A stretch of DNA of 63,686 bases, filler included, from Octopus bimaculoides (GCF_001194135.2; 7 parts of 7 records of this genome joined end to end with filler, not necessarily neighbours in it); one strand, 5' to 3'. Positions 23,770-37,621 are shown, counted from the whole stretch's first letter. Numbers and translations are program-made. Notes: generated by a model not told the origin, from the letters alone.

Positions 23770-25266
23770 CCTAAAACTGAAACCAAAGAGTTTTGCACCA
23801 GAAATTGCAAGATCTCCACCTTTCATTCAACCTATTCTCCGCTTCTTGCTTGGCCTCAACCACCAGATCTTCAACTTCCTCACACACACCAAAAACCACA
23901 AATTCGACCTCTTCCTCAATCACTCCCCTCCTCCTCTCACCCCACCCCACCTCTTCTTTTCTTGCCCATACCCTCCACTCCTCCACTCCAGCCCTTTCCC
24001 TCACACTTCCACTCTCTCTTTCTTTGACACCGTGCATCTCCCCCTTCACCACCAACACCACTTCATACGCTGTAGTCCCTATATCACCCGACTTGCCCCT
24101 TTCCTTCCTCTCTCCGTAGGAAGGTTCGCTGCTCGGTAAGGGTCTCCACTTCGTACCTCTCATACACCACTGCGATGAATTTGGGACCCGCACTGATGTC
24201 GGTCAGTCCCTGCCCCGCACAAAACTGTGCTCATTCTTCCACACATCTACACAGCAACACAACAATTTGGATTGCTTCTCGGAGCGGGGTCACAGCCCAT
24301 CCAACTGGGCGCTACCTCCAAGCCATTTTAACAGTCAAGACTTGTCCGTGAACGACTNNNNNNNNNNNNNNNNNNNNNNNNNNNNNNNNNNNNNNNNNNN
24401 NNNNNNNNNNNNNNNNNNNNNNNNNNNNNNNNNNNNNNNNNNNNNNNNNNNNNNNNNNNNNNNNNNNNNNNNNNNNNNNNNNNNNNNNNNNNNNNNNNNN
24501 NNNNNNNNNNNNNNNNNNNNNNNNNNNNNNNNNNNNNNNNNNNNNNNNNNNNNNNNNNNNNNNNNNNNNNNNNNNNNNNNNNNNNNNNNNNNNNNNNNNN
24601 NNNNNNNNNNNNNNNNNNNNNNNNNNNNNNNNNNNNNNNNNNNNNNNNNNNNNNNNNNNNNNNNNNNNNNNNNNNNNNNNNNNNNNNNNNNNNNNNNNNN
24701 NNNNNNNNNNNNNNNNNNNNNNNNNNNNNNNNNNNNNNNNNNNNNNNNNNNNNNNNNNNNNNNNNNNNNNNNNNNNNNNNNNNNNNNNNNNNNNNNNNNN
24801 NNNNNNNNNNNNNNNNNNNNNNNNNNNNNNNNNNNNNNNNNNNNNNNNNNNNNNNNNNNNNNNNNNNNNNNNNNNNNNNNNNNNNNNNNNNNNNNNNNNN
24901 NNNNNNNNNNNNNNNNNNNNNNNNNNNNNNNNNNNNNNNNNNNNNNNNNNNNNNNNNNNNNNNNNNNNNNNNNNNNNNNNNNNNNNNNNNNNNNNNNNNN
25001 NNNNNNNNNNNNNNNNNNNNNNNNNNNNNNNNNNNNNNNNNNNNNNNNNNNNNNNNNNNNNNNNNNNNNNNNNNNNNNNNNNNNNNNNNNNNNNNNNNNN
25101 NNNNNNNNNNNNNNNNNNNNNNNNNNNNNNNNNNNNNNNNNNNNNNNNNNNNNNNNNNNNNNNNNNNNNNNNNNNNNNNNNNNNNNNNNNNNNNNNNNNN
25201 NNNNNNNNNNNNNNNNNNNNNNNNNNNNNNNNNNNNNNNNNNNNNNNNNNNNNNNNNNNNNNNNNN

Positions 25267-25320
<54 letters not shown>

Positions 25321-26910
25321 ACTTTCTCTCTCTCTCTCTTTCTCTTTCTCTCTCTCTCTTTATCTCTCACCTACTCTCCCACCACTTACGCTTTCTTCAA
25401 ACCTACTGTCTCCCACCTCTACCTCAGTTTTTCCTCCTCTCACTCCTCCCACACTAAACGAACCGTCCCCTACTCCCAATTCGTCCATCTCCGACGTCTG
25501 TGCAACCACGACCAGGATTTTGAGACTCAGTCTCAACACCTGGCCCTCCTGTTCCCCCGTCGCGGATACCCTTCCACTCCCCTTCAGGCCGCTCTTACCC
25601 GCGTCTGGCAAGTTGATCGAACTTCAGCCCTCTCTTCTTCCCTACATCCGTTATCCAACTGCACCCCCTTTCCCCTTCTTTTCCACTCCTCCACCCTACT
25701 CCTTTGTCGGAAAATCTTACTGGCCCTCTGTCATCTCCAATCCGATCCTACCACTTTCTTTGTTTTCGCCAACCACCCCTGCCCCCTTCAAATGCGCCCG
25801 TAGCCTATGCAACTTACTGGTCTGTAGCCTCTTCCTCTGTAGCGCCTTCCCCTCCCCCACTTCTACACATCCTGGATCGTTCCCTTGCTCCAGAGCCCGT
25901 TGCTACACCTGTCCGTTCATCACCAACACCACCTCGCTCACTGGAGTCAACCAAAACTCTGTCCACATCCGGAATTCTTTCTCATGTATCTCTTCTAACA
26001 TTATCCAATGCACTCTTTGCGACTATTTGTATGTTGGTCAGCCGGGCCATCGGCTAACCGGCCAATTTACTAAGCATCTACGGGATATCTGCCCATTCTT
26101 GTATCCATAAAAATACCTCCATTACCCCTCATTTTTGTTCTACCAACTACTCCAACGAATACCTCACTATATTAGGTCTGATCTTGCACCGTGGATACAC
26201 CACCAATAGACTTCGTCTTGAACAACGCTAAATCTCCTCTCTTCGAATCCATAAACTGTCTAGACTAAACACCCACCTCCTTCCTGTAATAGCTTCCACA
26301 TTCGTTGTTTTTACTTTAATTTTAATTTTGATTTAATTCTAATTTCAAAATTAAGAATTTTTCAAAATGTTTAAAATTTAAAGTTTATTTTAATATGTTA
26401 ATTAATGTTATTACTTTTATAATTATTTTAATTTTTAATTCATCCTCCACACACTTCTGCACACACATATACATAACTTATACCTCCATATACTATTATA
26501 CATACATACCTACTGCTCAAGCACAAATGTTTCTGTATCCTAGCATGTACAAAATAAAGAACTTTTCACCCCCACCAACATGCACACGCAAACGCATACA
26601 TATACAGACATACACACACACATGCAGATGCAAACGTACATACACACATATAGGCAAATATACACACATCCTTACACACGCATTCACACCAACACATATA
26701 TACACACCAACACATATGCACATACATAGTAACACCAACGCACTCACACTTATGTCACCTCATCTCTCACCGCCAAATCTAACTACTGCTCCTCACCTGT
26801 CAGCACCATTCCCTCACACATACATCACTCACATAAACGCAAAGACACGTGCACAGATACTACCACACATGCATACGCACACACACACGCACGCACACGC
26901 ACTCACACAC
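23770..26910 (+). mobile_element. Penelope-like element relic (N-terminal region, N gap, GIY-YIG endonuclease, CA-rich 3' region)
   Basis: SLLGKGLHFVPL..DEF..SNWALPP at 24125-24357; RCYTCPFI..IRNSFSCISSNII.CTLCDYLYVGQPGHRLTGQFTKHLRDI at 25890-26090. Confidence 0.85.
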
Positions 26911-27019
26911 TAGCTATTTTCTTATTCTCCTGCCTTCAAAAACTACGTTCTCTATCTCTCTCTCTAGTTCAGCCGAGTAACGACATACGTGATTTCTCGG
27001 ACTATTCTTTCCGATACAT

Positions 27020-28342
27020 TTCCTCAAATGTCACAAAAAGACTGACCATGTTTCTAGAAGAAAATGACTTACAGACACGCAACATGGCTTCCGTCTTGGA
27101 AGGAGCTGCCCAACACAGCTACTACAGCACTTCGACTGGGTACTAAAACAACAGCTCAACCAATCAAACGTGAATGTGGTATATCTCGACTTTGGGATGA
27201 TATGTCACAAATTGCGTGACCTCGGTATCGCTGGTAGCCTGGGAGAGTGGCTGCATGATTTCCTGAAGTCAGGCTGTCACAGCAAATGGTGCTCCATCCG
27301 AAGTGTCACCAATCCTCAGCGGAGTCCCCCAGGGTACAGTGCTGCGACCACTACTGTTTGTGGTTGCTCTCTCGGACATGCCCTCAGCCATAGAGTCAGT
27401 CACACTCACCAGCTACGGTGACGATACAAATGTATCGCAGGCGGTCAAGGATCCTACTGACATCCTAAGACTGCAGAATGACCTGAACGCAATATATGAG
27501 TGGACAGATGAGAATAATATGCAGTTCAATGCCACAAAATTTCAAGCATTCCGCTATCAGCCCACAAACTACAACTGAAGTACGCGGGACCAGCAAGCAA
27601 TGTAACCGCAGAGTTAGAGATGGTGCGCGACCTGAGAATCCACATGAGCAACGACGCAACTTCCCATGTGCACATTGCTCAGATGGCAACACTATGCAGG
27701 CGGGTGGGAGGTTGGATCCTCAGATTCTTCAGGACCAGGAACAGAGACACAATGCTTCTGCTTTGGAGAACCTTTGACCTCAGTCGTCTGGACTACTGCT
27801 CCCAACTGTGGTCACCACAGAGCGTAAAACTAGTTGCAGAACTAGAGGCAATCCAACACTACTACACAAAGAAGGCAGACTCAGAAAAACACATGGGCTA
27901 CAGAGAAGGGACTCTACTCCCTGGAGAGGAGACGTGTGAGATATGCAGTGCTATACATATGGAAAATAATGGAGGGTCTAACTCCATATTTCGGAATCGA
28001 GATCTACAACAAACTCCGAACTGGACGGCACTGCACAGTACCAAAGGACCCCATCTTCTCCATTGAGGATACGAACCCAATATTGTAATAGCTTCGGATT
28101 CAAGGGACTACAAATTTTTAATGCCTTATCACAAAACATCAAGGATCTGCAAGGTGTAGATATGGAAGTCTTCAAAAAACGTATAGACAGTTTTTTATCT
28201 GCAATACCGGATGAACCTACACGTGGCAGGAGGCACAAAGAAGAGCAGCAACGTCCAACTCACCACTTCACCAGAAGCAATACTGGAAAAATCCCCGGAT
28301 GCCGTAATGGCCTTAGCTTCTGGTTGAAACCAGTAAAAGATA
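27020..28342 (+). mobile_element. CR1-group LINE relic (RT and 3' end)
   Basis: QHGFRLGRSC.TQLL..VVYLDF..SGVPQGTVL.PLLF..YGDDT..LQNDLNAIYEW..NNMQFNATKF..SRLDYCSQLWSP..FKKRIDSFLSAIPDEP. Confidence 0.88.
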
Positions 28343-28728
28343 ATACATATATACATACATATNNNNNNNNNNNNNNNNNNNNNNNNNNNNNNNNNNNNNN
28401 NNNNNNNNNNNNNNNNNNNNNNNNNNNNNNNNNNNNNNNNNNNNNNNNNNNNNNNNNNNNNNNNNNNNNNNNNNNNNNNNNNNNNNNNNNNNNNNNNNNN
28501 NNNNNNNNNNNNNNNNNNNNNNNNNNNNNNNNNNNNNNNNNNNNNNNNNNNNNNNNNNNNNNNNNNNNNNNNNNNNNNNNNNNNNNNNNNNNNNNNNNNN
28601 NNNNNNNNNNNNNNNNNNNNNNNNNNNNNNNNNNNNNNNNNNNNNNNNNNNNNNNNNNNNNNNNNNNNNNNNNNNNNNNNNNNNNNNNNNNNNNNNNNNN
28701 NNNNNNNNNNNNNNNNNNNNNNNNNNNN

Positions 28729-28776
<48 letters not shown>

Positions 28777-28786
28777 CATGTAGTGA

Positions 28787-28872
28787 TGCAGTACGACCGT
28801 TTCAAGCGGCTTCATTTAATTGAACAATGCAATTATTATATCAATTTAAATGCGCTGCCATCTTCAGCCGCA
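28787..28872 (-). ncRNA. Type I hammerhead ribozyme motif, intact core
   Basis: UGCGG CUGAAGA U-ggcagc..cauuuaaauuga[loop]ucaauuaaaug..gccgcu-U GAAA CGGUCG UA CUGCA: 5-bp helix I, complete core, extended helix II, near-palindromic helix III. Confidence 0.85.
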
Positions 28873-29017
28873 CAAATGAATAAATAAACAAACAAACAAA
28901 TAAATAAATGAATAAATAAAACTTTAACCAGTCGGACATATTAATATAATTTTTCTCAAATATTTTAACAGAGCAAGACGATGGAAGAAATTCATGTTGT
29001 CGCTATTATATGCATAT

Positions 29018-29550
29018 ATAAAGAAGCATTGGTTATCGAACAAACATTAAATTTGGGTCAACGACTTTACATACAACTCCACCCCTGAAACATTTAATCA
29101 TATATAAAAAAAAACACCATGGTCTACAAACACATGAAAAAATAATACATATTCTTAAAATCACATAAGGTAAAAATATATATTCTAATAAAATACAAAT
29201 AGAAAGGCTTATCAAAGGTTAAATATAACTACTTAAAATGTCAAAACTATCAAAGGGCTTAATGGAGAAATATAAGTAATTCAAGATAAAAAATAAAATA
29301 AGTGTCCACCGATTAAAAAGATTTTATCAGATGATTAAAATATCTTTTAAAAATTATTTTTAAAAAATCATTTGTATTTTATAAGAATATATATTTTTAC
29401 CTTCTGTGATTTTATGTATATGTATTATTTTTTTATGTTGTTTGTAGACCATGGTGATTTTTATATGTGATTAAATGTTTGAGGGGTGGAGTTGTATGTA
29501 AAGTCGTTGACCCAAATTTAATGTTTGTTCGATAACCAATGCTTCTTTAT
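29018..29550. mobile_element. Foldback/MITE-like element with ~182-bp inverted arms (29018-29200 and 29370-29550)
   Basis: The outer ~68 bp are perfectly complementary; the inner parts are slightly diverged; ~170-bp AT-rich spacer. Confidence 0.85.
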
Positions 29551-29618
29551 CTTCGTCTCATTTTATATTTGAGCACTTCTTTTGCAATCCTATAAGAGAC
29601 AAGTATTATTTCTTGTTG

Positions 29619-29651
<33 letters not shown>

Positions 29652-29652
29652 G

Positions 29653-29705
<53 letters not shown>

Positions 29706-29773
29706 ATGTATGTATGTATGTATGTATACATGTATATATTTATACCCATATATATATATATGTGTATATACAT

Positions 29774-29873
29774 NNNNNNNNNNNNNNNNNNNNNNNNNNN
29801 NNNNNNNNNNNNNNNNNTTAATTAATTAANNNNNNNNNNNNNNNNNNNNNNNNNNNNNNNNNNNNNNNNNNNN
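29774..29873. other. Artificial 100-nt assembly linker
   Basis: 44N-TTAATTAATTAA-44N. Confidence 0.95.
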
Positions 29874-29910
29874 CAATGTTAATTCTCTAAATGACACACG
29901 ACTTATATAC

Positions 29911-29943
<33 letters not shown>

Positions 29944-30439
29944 CAGCGCTGATTTCTCGTGAGATGCATCAGCAGGCAACATTTTTCTCCTTAATCCAAC
30001 AAGTTTTATCTATATGAAAGATGTTATGACATTTGAAAACTGTCAATGAAAGCAGGAAAATTAGGAAATTGTTGTGTTGTAATATATCATAGCGTCTTTT
30101 ACAACATCAGTGAGGGAGTGTAGGGCAACATGTTGCTGAACTGATGTGACAGATGTCAAGAAGAATACTTGCAGAGAATCTCAGATGAATTTTACTCCAA
30201 TGACAGCAAATGTTAATTTATATTCTTGAAAAGTTACCAAGTCGAGGAGAGAAATTTTGAAATGCTCTCATGAAATGTAATTATTTAACACCGTACACTT
30301 AACATTCGACAGTAAAAATACAGCCTACATTCAAAATGTGTACGCATGTATATATGTTTGCATGAATGAATAAGCATCTCTCTCTCTCCCCCCTCTCTCT
30401 CACTCTCTAGCTATCTGTCTAGCAATTTATCTCTCTACA

Positions 30440-30544
30440 TATGTATATATAGGTGTATGCATATATATATATATATTTCTGTGTGTGTGTATATATATAT
30501 ATATGTATACATATATATATTTTATATATACACATATATTTATA

Positions 30545-30619
<75 letters not shown>

Positions 30620-30841
30620 TTATATATATTTATATATTTATGTATATATATATATTTATATAAAAATTTTAAATATGTATATTGATAAACGGGTACACAT
30701 ATGTGTGTATATGTATTCACATATACATATATTGTGTGTGGTTGTATGTGTGTGCATATATATGTGTGTGTCTATATGTGTATATATATGTGTATATATG
30801 TGTGTGTATATATGTGTGTGTTTATATTTATATATATATAT

Positions 30842-30889
<48 letters not shown>

Positions 30890-30890
30890 C
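30440..30890. repeat. (TA)n/(TG)n compound microsatellite
   Basis: Direct reading. Confidence 0.95.
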
Positions 30891-31015
30891 AACGGCTTGT
30901 ATACTTCTTTATCAATATAATATGTATATATGTATCTACCTATCTACTTTCATTTAGGTCTCTAGCTATCTCTCCATTCGTACTTCTTTTTCTCTCACTC
31001 TGTCTCTCTCTTTTC

Positions 31016-31058
<43 letters not shown>

Positions 31059-31245
31059 ACATACTCTCATAATCTGTCTATCTGTCTTTATGTCTTTGTG
31101 TGTGAATGTTTGTGTTATGTATCGCCCCAAATAGATATCTGTCTGAGATGATGCACATACTTTCACAAAGATTTCCACATAAACACACATACACACACGT
31201 GCACACACGCACACATACACACACCCAGACACTAACAAACACACG

Positions 31246-31282
<37 letters not shown>

Positions 31283-32312
31283 TATATTTCATGGAATAGG
31301 AAGAAACCATTTGATGCTGTTGGTGTATAAATAACCAGAACCATAACATCTGAAACAAGAACAAAAATAATAATAATAATCATACAAATAATAACAGTGG
31401 CACCAACAATTTTAATCAATAATATTAATAATAACAATAACATCATTATTATTTTATATTGTTGTTGTTGTTATTATTATTATCATAAGTTAAATGTCAG
31501 CAGATGTCTAAGAAATAGAACTGAAAAATCATAAAGTGATATTGTGATTAATATATCAATATATATGTATATGGTATTACATGGCTTTAAGCCTAAATAA
31601 TGAAGAAATGCAGAAATGAAATTTAAATACAAAACAAAAAGAAAGCAAGAAAAGTTTAAATCTAAAAGAAAAATAAAATAGCTGTGAAATTTGTCTAAAT
31701 TTTGTTACAATTCCTTACCTGACTATCAAAACCATTCTCTGCATTTCATCTAAAATAATTCCACATTGTATTATATTTTTAAAAAACATCTATTTTCATT
31801 CTAATTTGATTCCACATTGAATATTATTTTAAGTTTCCTTATTCAATCCATCACTTTCCTTTCTTCATGAGGTATCGAGGAATGACTGAAAAAAGGCGAT
31901 GAATAAATAAGAAAATTCATCTCTTTCTCCNNNNNNNNNNNNNNNNNNNNNNNNNNNNNNNNNNNNNNNNNNNNNNNNNNNNNNNNNNNNNNNNNNNNNN
32001 NNNNNNNNNNNNNNNNNNNNNNNNNNNNNNNNNTGTGTGTGTGTGTGTGTGCGTATACTTGCATAACGCACGTGTACGTCTTTGGATGTTTTTTAAAAAT
32101 ATATCCATATAATATATGTACGTATACAGTTATATGCATATTATATGTATCTATGCACACATTTTTAGCCATACTTATATATACCATATGTTTATTTTAT
32201 TTACATTTACACACACAGACACACACACACACACACACACACGCGCGCATATATAATATATCTATGGATTTACTTATAAATCCATATACACTATTATATA
32301 TAATCGTAAGTA

Positions 32313-32357
<45 letters not shown>

Positions 32358-32741
32358 GCACAAATATACATGTTTGTTTACATACATACGTATATGTATG
32401 TATATGCACATTTATACATGCATATTTAATTACAAATATGTAGGTATATATATTTAAATATTTATAGGTATACACATACACACACACACATATATTTCTG
32501 TGTGTATGTGTATAAAAGAATGTTCGGAGCTGAGTCATATTATTTCCTTCAGATTTTAATCTTACTTTTATAATTTTTATAATATTCCTGTTTAATTCTT
32601 ATTTTCTCCGATATTCTCTTTTGTTTTTCAAGATTTTTTAATAACATCATGCATCTTTGAAGTGATTCAAATGGTGCAGATGTGATTATGAGAGTTGATT
32701 ATAGTAACTCTCTAACCAATATGCATGTATACATGTATGTA

Positions 32742-32820
<79 letters not shown>
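32742..32820. repeat. (ATCT)n tetranucleotide microsatellite
   Basis: Direct reading. Confidence 0.95.
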
Positions 32821-32984
32821 AAGTACAGGTGAGGATATATACACCTCAGAAGGATAGAAATATCCAAGATTAAACTGGTTGAATACCTTTTAATATAGAG
32901 GCACACACATATATATATATTATTATAAAAACCAAGAGAGAAAATGGAGGTAATATTAATAAAAGTTTACTAAAACATTGACAA

Positions 32985-33089
32985 AACCTACAATTGTTTC
33001 AATTCATCGTTTATAGTATAAAATGAATCAAATTCAATTTAATTTAATCAATTTGGTTAATTATTATAAGCCAGAATATCATCAGGGTC
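32985..33089 (-). ncRNA. Type I hammerhead ribozyme motif with long AU-rich helix II
   Basis: GACC CUGAUGA U-auuc[68 nt]gaau-U GAAA CAAUUG UA GGUU. Confidence 0.72.
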
Positions 33090-33895
33090 GAAGGTACAAA
33101 TAAATTNNNNNNNNNNNNNNNNNNNNNNNNNNNNNNNNNNNNNNNNNNNNNNNNNNNNNNNNNNNNNNNNNNNNNNNNNNNNNNNNNNNNNNNNNNNNNN
33201 NNNNNNNNNNNNNNNNNNNNNNNNNNNNNNNNNNNNNNNNNNNNNNNNNNNNNNNNNNNNNNNNNNNNNNNNNNNNNNNNNNNNNNNNNNNNNNNNNNNN
33301 NNNNNNNNNNNNNNNNNNNNNNNNNNNNNNNNNNNNNNNNNNNNNNNNNNNNNNNNNNNNNNNNNNNNNNNNNNNNNNNNNNNNNNNNNNNNNNNNNNNN
33401 NNNNNNNNNNNNNNNNNNNNNNNNNNNNNNNNNNNNNNNNNNNNNNNNNNNNNNNNNNNNNNNNNNNNNNNNNNNNNNNNNNNNNNNNNNNNNNNNNNNN
33501 NNNNNNNNNNNNNNNNNNNNNNNNNNNNNNNNNNNNNNNNNNNNNNNNNNNNNNNNNNNNNNNNNNNNNNNNNNNNNNNNNNNNNNNNNNNNNNNNNNNN
33601 NNNNNNNNNNNNNNNNNNNNNNNNNNNNNNNNNNNNNNNNNNNNNNNNNNNNNNNNNNNNNNNNNNNNNNNNNNNNNNNNNNNNNNNNNNNNNNNNNNNN
33701 NNNNNNNNNNNNNNNNNNNNNNNNNNNNNNNNNNNNNNNNNNNNNNNNNNNNNNNNNNNNNNNNNNNNNNNNNNNNNNNNNNNNNNNNNNNNNNNNNNNN
33801 NNNNNNNNNNNNNNNNNNNNNNNNNNNNNNNNNNNNNNNNNNNNNNNNNNNNNNNNNNNNNNNNNNNNNNNNNNNNNNNNNNNNNNNNNNNNNNN

Positions 33896-36110
33896 GGTTA
33901 CATTGTGAAAGGACCGGAAGAGGAGGTGGTGGGGGAAAAGTTCTTTCTAAGACAGGAGACTGAAAAAAGGAGGTGAATATCTGTGTGTGCGCGAGAGTCT
34001 GCGAGTGTGTGTGTGATAACAGAACGTGTGCGTGCGTATGAATGTGTATGTGTGTGTGTGTGTGTGCATGGTTTGGTGGTTTATCTGTTAGTGTGTATGT
34101 GTGCTTGTGTGCGTGTGTGTGTGACGTAGTGGAAGGAATTAGTAGCAGGAATAGTTAGTGGGTGCTTATGGACAATGGTTAGTGGAAGGTCAGCAGGCAG
34201 TTTTTGAGTATGTGTGTGTTCGGGTGTGTGTTTGTGTGGGGTTGTAGGTGTTGGGTACGTTTGCGTGTGTGTGTATTTTGTACGTGCGCGTGTGTGTATG
34301 TGTATGTTTTTGTGTGCGCGTGTGTTTTTGTGTGTATGTGTATGTTGTGTATATGTGCATGCGTTTGCTATTGTACGTGCGTTTGTTGTTTATGATCATG
34401 TGTGTGTGATTGTATGCGTGTCTGTGTGAGTGTGTTGTGTTGGCGAGAAGTGTGTGTGCGTGTGTATGTGTATGTGGGTGTGTGCCTGTGTGTGTATGTG
34501 TGTGGATGTGCGTGTGTGTGTATGCGCGTGTGTGTTTATGTGTGAGTCCGTGTGCGTGTGTGTGTGCGTATGTGTGCGCGTGTGTGTATATTTTTTGTGC
34601 GTGCGTGTCAGTGTATATTGTGTATGTTTTCGTGCGTGCGTGTGTGTTGTGTATGTGAGTGAGTATTGTGTATGTGAGAGGTGTGTGTGGGTGTGTGCAT
34701 GTGTGTATGTGTATGTGTGTACGTGTATGTGTGTGTTTGTGTATGTGAGAGGTGTGTGTATATGTATATGTGTGTTNNNNNNNNNNNNNNNNNNNNNNNN
34801 NNNNNNNNNNNNNNNNNNNNNNNNNNNNNNNNNNNNNNNNNNNNNNNNNNNNNNNNNNNNNNNNNNNNNNNNNNNNNNNNNNNNNNNNNNNNNNNNNNNN
34901 NNNNNNNNNNNNNNNNNNNNNNNNNNNNNNNNNNNNNNNNNNNNNNNNNNNNNNNNNNNNNNNNNNNNNNNNNNNNNNNNNNNNNNNNNNNNNNNNNNNN
35001 NNNNNNNNNNNNNNNNNNNNNNNNNNNNNNNNNNNNNNNNNNNNNNNNNNNNNNNNNNNNNNNNNNNNNNNNNNNNNNNNNNNNNNNNNNNNNNNNNNNN
35101 NNNNNNNNNNNNNNNNNNNNNNNNNNNNNNNNNNNNNNNNNNNNNNNNNNNNNNNNNNNNNNNNNNNNNNNNNNNNNNNNNNNNNNNNNNNNNNNNNNNN
35201 NNNNNNNNNNNNNNNNNNNNNNNNNNNNNNNNNNNNNNNNNNNNNNNNNNNNNNNNNNNNNNNNNNNNNNNNNNNNNNNNNNNNNNNNNNNNNNNNNNNN
35301 NNNNNNNNNNNNNNNNNNNNNNNNNNNNNNNNNNNNNNNNNNNNNNNNNNNNNNNNNNNNNNNNNNNNNNNNNNNNNNNNNNNNNNNNNNNNNNNNNNNN
35401 NNNNNNNNNNNNNNNNNNNNNNNNNNNNNNNNNNNNNNNNNNNNNNNNNNNNNNNNNNNNNNNNNNNNNNNNNNNNNNNNNNNNNNNNNNNNNNNNNNNN
35501 NNNNNNNNNNNNNNNNNNNNNNNNNNNNNNNNNNNNNNNNNNNNNNNNNNNNNNNNNNNNNNNNNNNNNNNNNNNNNNNNNNNNNNNNNNNNNNNNNNNN
35601 NNNNNNNNNNNNNNNNNNNNNNNNNNNNNNNNNNNNNNNNNNNNNNNNNNNNNNNNNNNNNNNNNNNNNNNNNNNNNNNNNNNNNNNNNNNNNNNNNNNN
35701 NNNNNNNNNNNNNNNNNNNNNNNNNNNNNNNNNNNNNNNNNNNNNNNNNNNNNNNAGGTATCTCCGGCGAACGTGAAGCAGTTGAGGGTGAGGACGAGTT
35801 CTGCCAGACGAAGCAGGGTAGGGGTGCTAGGTGTGGGGTCAGGGCGGCGGTCAAGGAAGTATTGGAGGGCTGGGAGACCATCGTTGTGTGGAATCACGGT
35901 GTATAGGGATTTGATGTCCAGGGTGAAGAGGAGGTGTGAGGGGCCGGGAGGGAAAGAAAAGGAATTGAAGAGGCGAAGGGCGTGGTTAGTGTCGTGTATG
36001 TGGGATGGGAGGGCAGCAACTAACGGGGATAGGATATGGTCGAGGTATTTTGAAATGAGTTCGGTGGGGCAATTGCAAGCAGAGGTATTTGAGTACTCTT
36101 TTTTCCACCT
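33896..36110 (-). mobile_element. Penelope-like element relic (RT, N gap, CA-rich 3' region)
   Basis: SACNCPTELISKYLDHILSPLV..LFTLDIKSLYTVIPH.DGL.ALQYFL..LLRLAELVLTLNCFTF at 36090-35756. The 3' part shares AAGAACTTTTC.CCCCCACCA with 26557-26580. Confidence 0.88.
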
Positions 36111-37621
36111 TGTTGCACATTTTAGTATTATGTATGTAGGTATGTAGGTTTTCGTTAAAGACTTGTAGTTCATTAACGGAGCGTGCCTGTCTTGGCAGCA
36201 ATATGATACATATATTCTGTAGATGAATACTCTAGGTAGGTGCAAATTGTCATAGAGGCAGTGTTGGCTACTACTTGTGCCACGTGAGTGAAGATCATCC
36301 CTGATAAATATGTTCCATGAGATACTATTGAAATATTTTGATGTTTCTGGAGTCTCTAAAGGAAATGGATAAGGAACGTGGAATTTTTTAAGTAACCGTC
36401 ATCTGAAAGAGAGCATGTCACATTTATATCTTCACTGTCATGCCTGTGCAGTTTTATATGATGCCACCAGATGAGGAGGAATCTGTGAATGACATCTGAG
36501 AGAGGTAATCCTCTCAGTGAAATGTTGATAAGATTTCTGGAATTACATTCTGGAGTTTTGGATGAAATCTGAGCGGGTTTCGTTAACTTGTGTCTGTTAT
36601 TGCACACACACACACACACACACCACCCCCACCCCCACACACACGCACACTGTTAGAAGCGATTTTATCTAAGCTCATAAAAATAACCATCACAGGAAAT
36701 TTAAAGAGGTTTTGATTATCTATGGATTCTTGGAAAATGGTTTTTAATTACGAGTAGCACATTGCTGAACAAACAGCTTAGTGCCATATTTTGAAGCCCT
36801 GTGTTCTGAGTTCAGATTCCACTCATGTCAAATAAGCGCTTCATTATTTCAGTGTCGATGAAATAATTACCAGTTTTGCACTAGGGTTGATGTAATCGAT
36901 TAGCTCCCACCCACAAAAATGCACGCATTCTCTGTACAGTAGAAAAAATAGATTTAGTAGAAACCTCTAGATTAAACAGGTGATTCAAATTAGATTGATA
37001 ATTTCTAATTTTCTTCAGGTTTAGAGGTAATAAGAGATCTTCCATATATACAGACTTATAGGTACAGATGCTTCTTGTTTGTGCCTCATTATAATGGTGT
37101 GTGGATCTGAATATACATATATTCATACATACATATATGTGTGTGAGTGTATGTATATATGTATGTATATATATAAACATACTGTCACAAACGCACAAAC
37201 ACCCACATGCACACACATTTGATATTTTGTTTAGATGGGTTAAAGGATAATTTGAGAGAAAATATAATTTTGGTTTTTTTTTTTTTAGTTTAGCATTCTT
37301 TTGTCTTTAGAATTGTCCAAGTCTGAGATGGAAAACAAGAAAGAATATTTAATAATAAGGAAGGAAATAAAAATTACAACTGATCTATCTTAGTCACGAC
37401 ATCATAAGAAACAAATTTCTGATTATTACTGAACATGATTCTTAAGGTAAATGAAATATTTCAGTTTATAGTTCAGCTTTTTACATTGTTACATTTTTTT
37501 GATACTTTGTATATCATTTCCCATGTGAAAATCCGTTTCTTTCCTGTCAATGTGTTTTAATATTTGCATATCTCTGGAACTATTTTATTATTTTTAACTT
37601 TCTTTTTATATAGCGAGTTTT

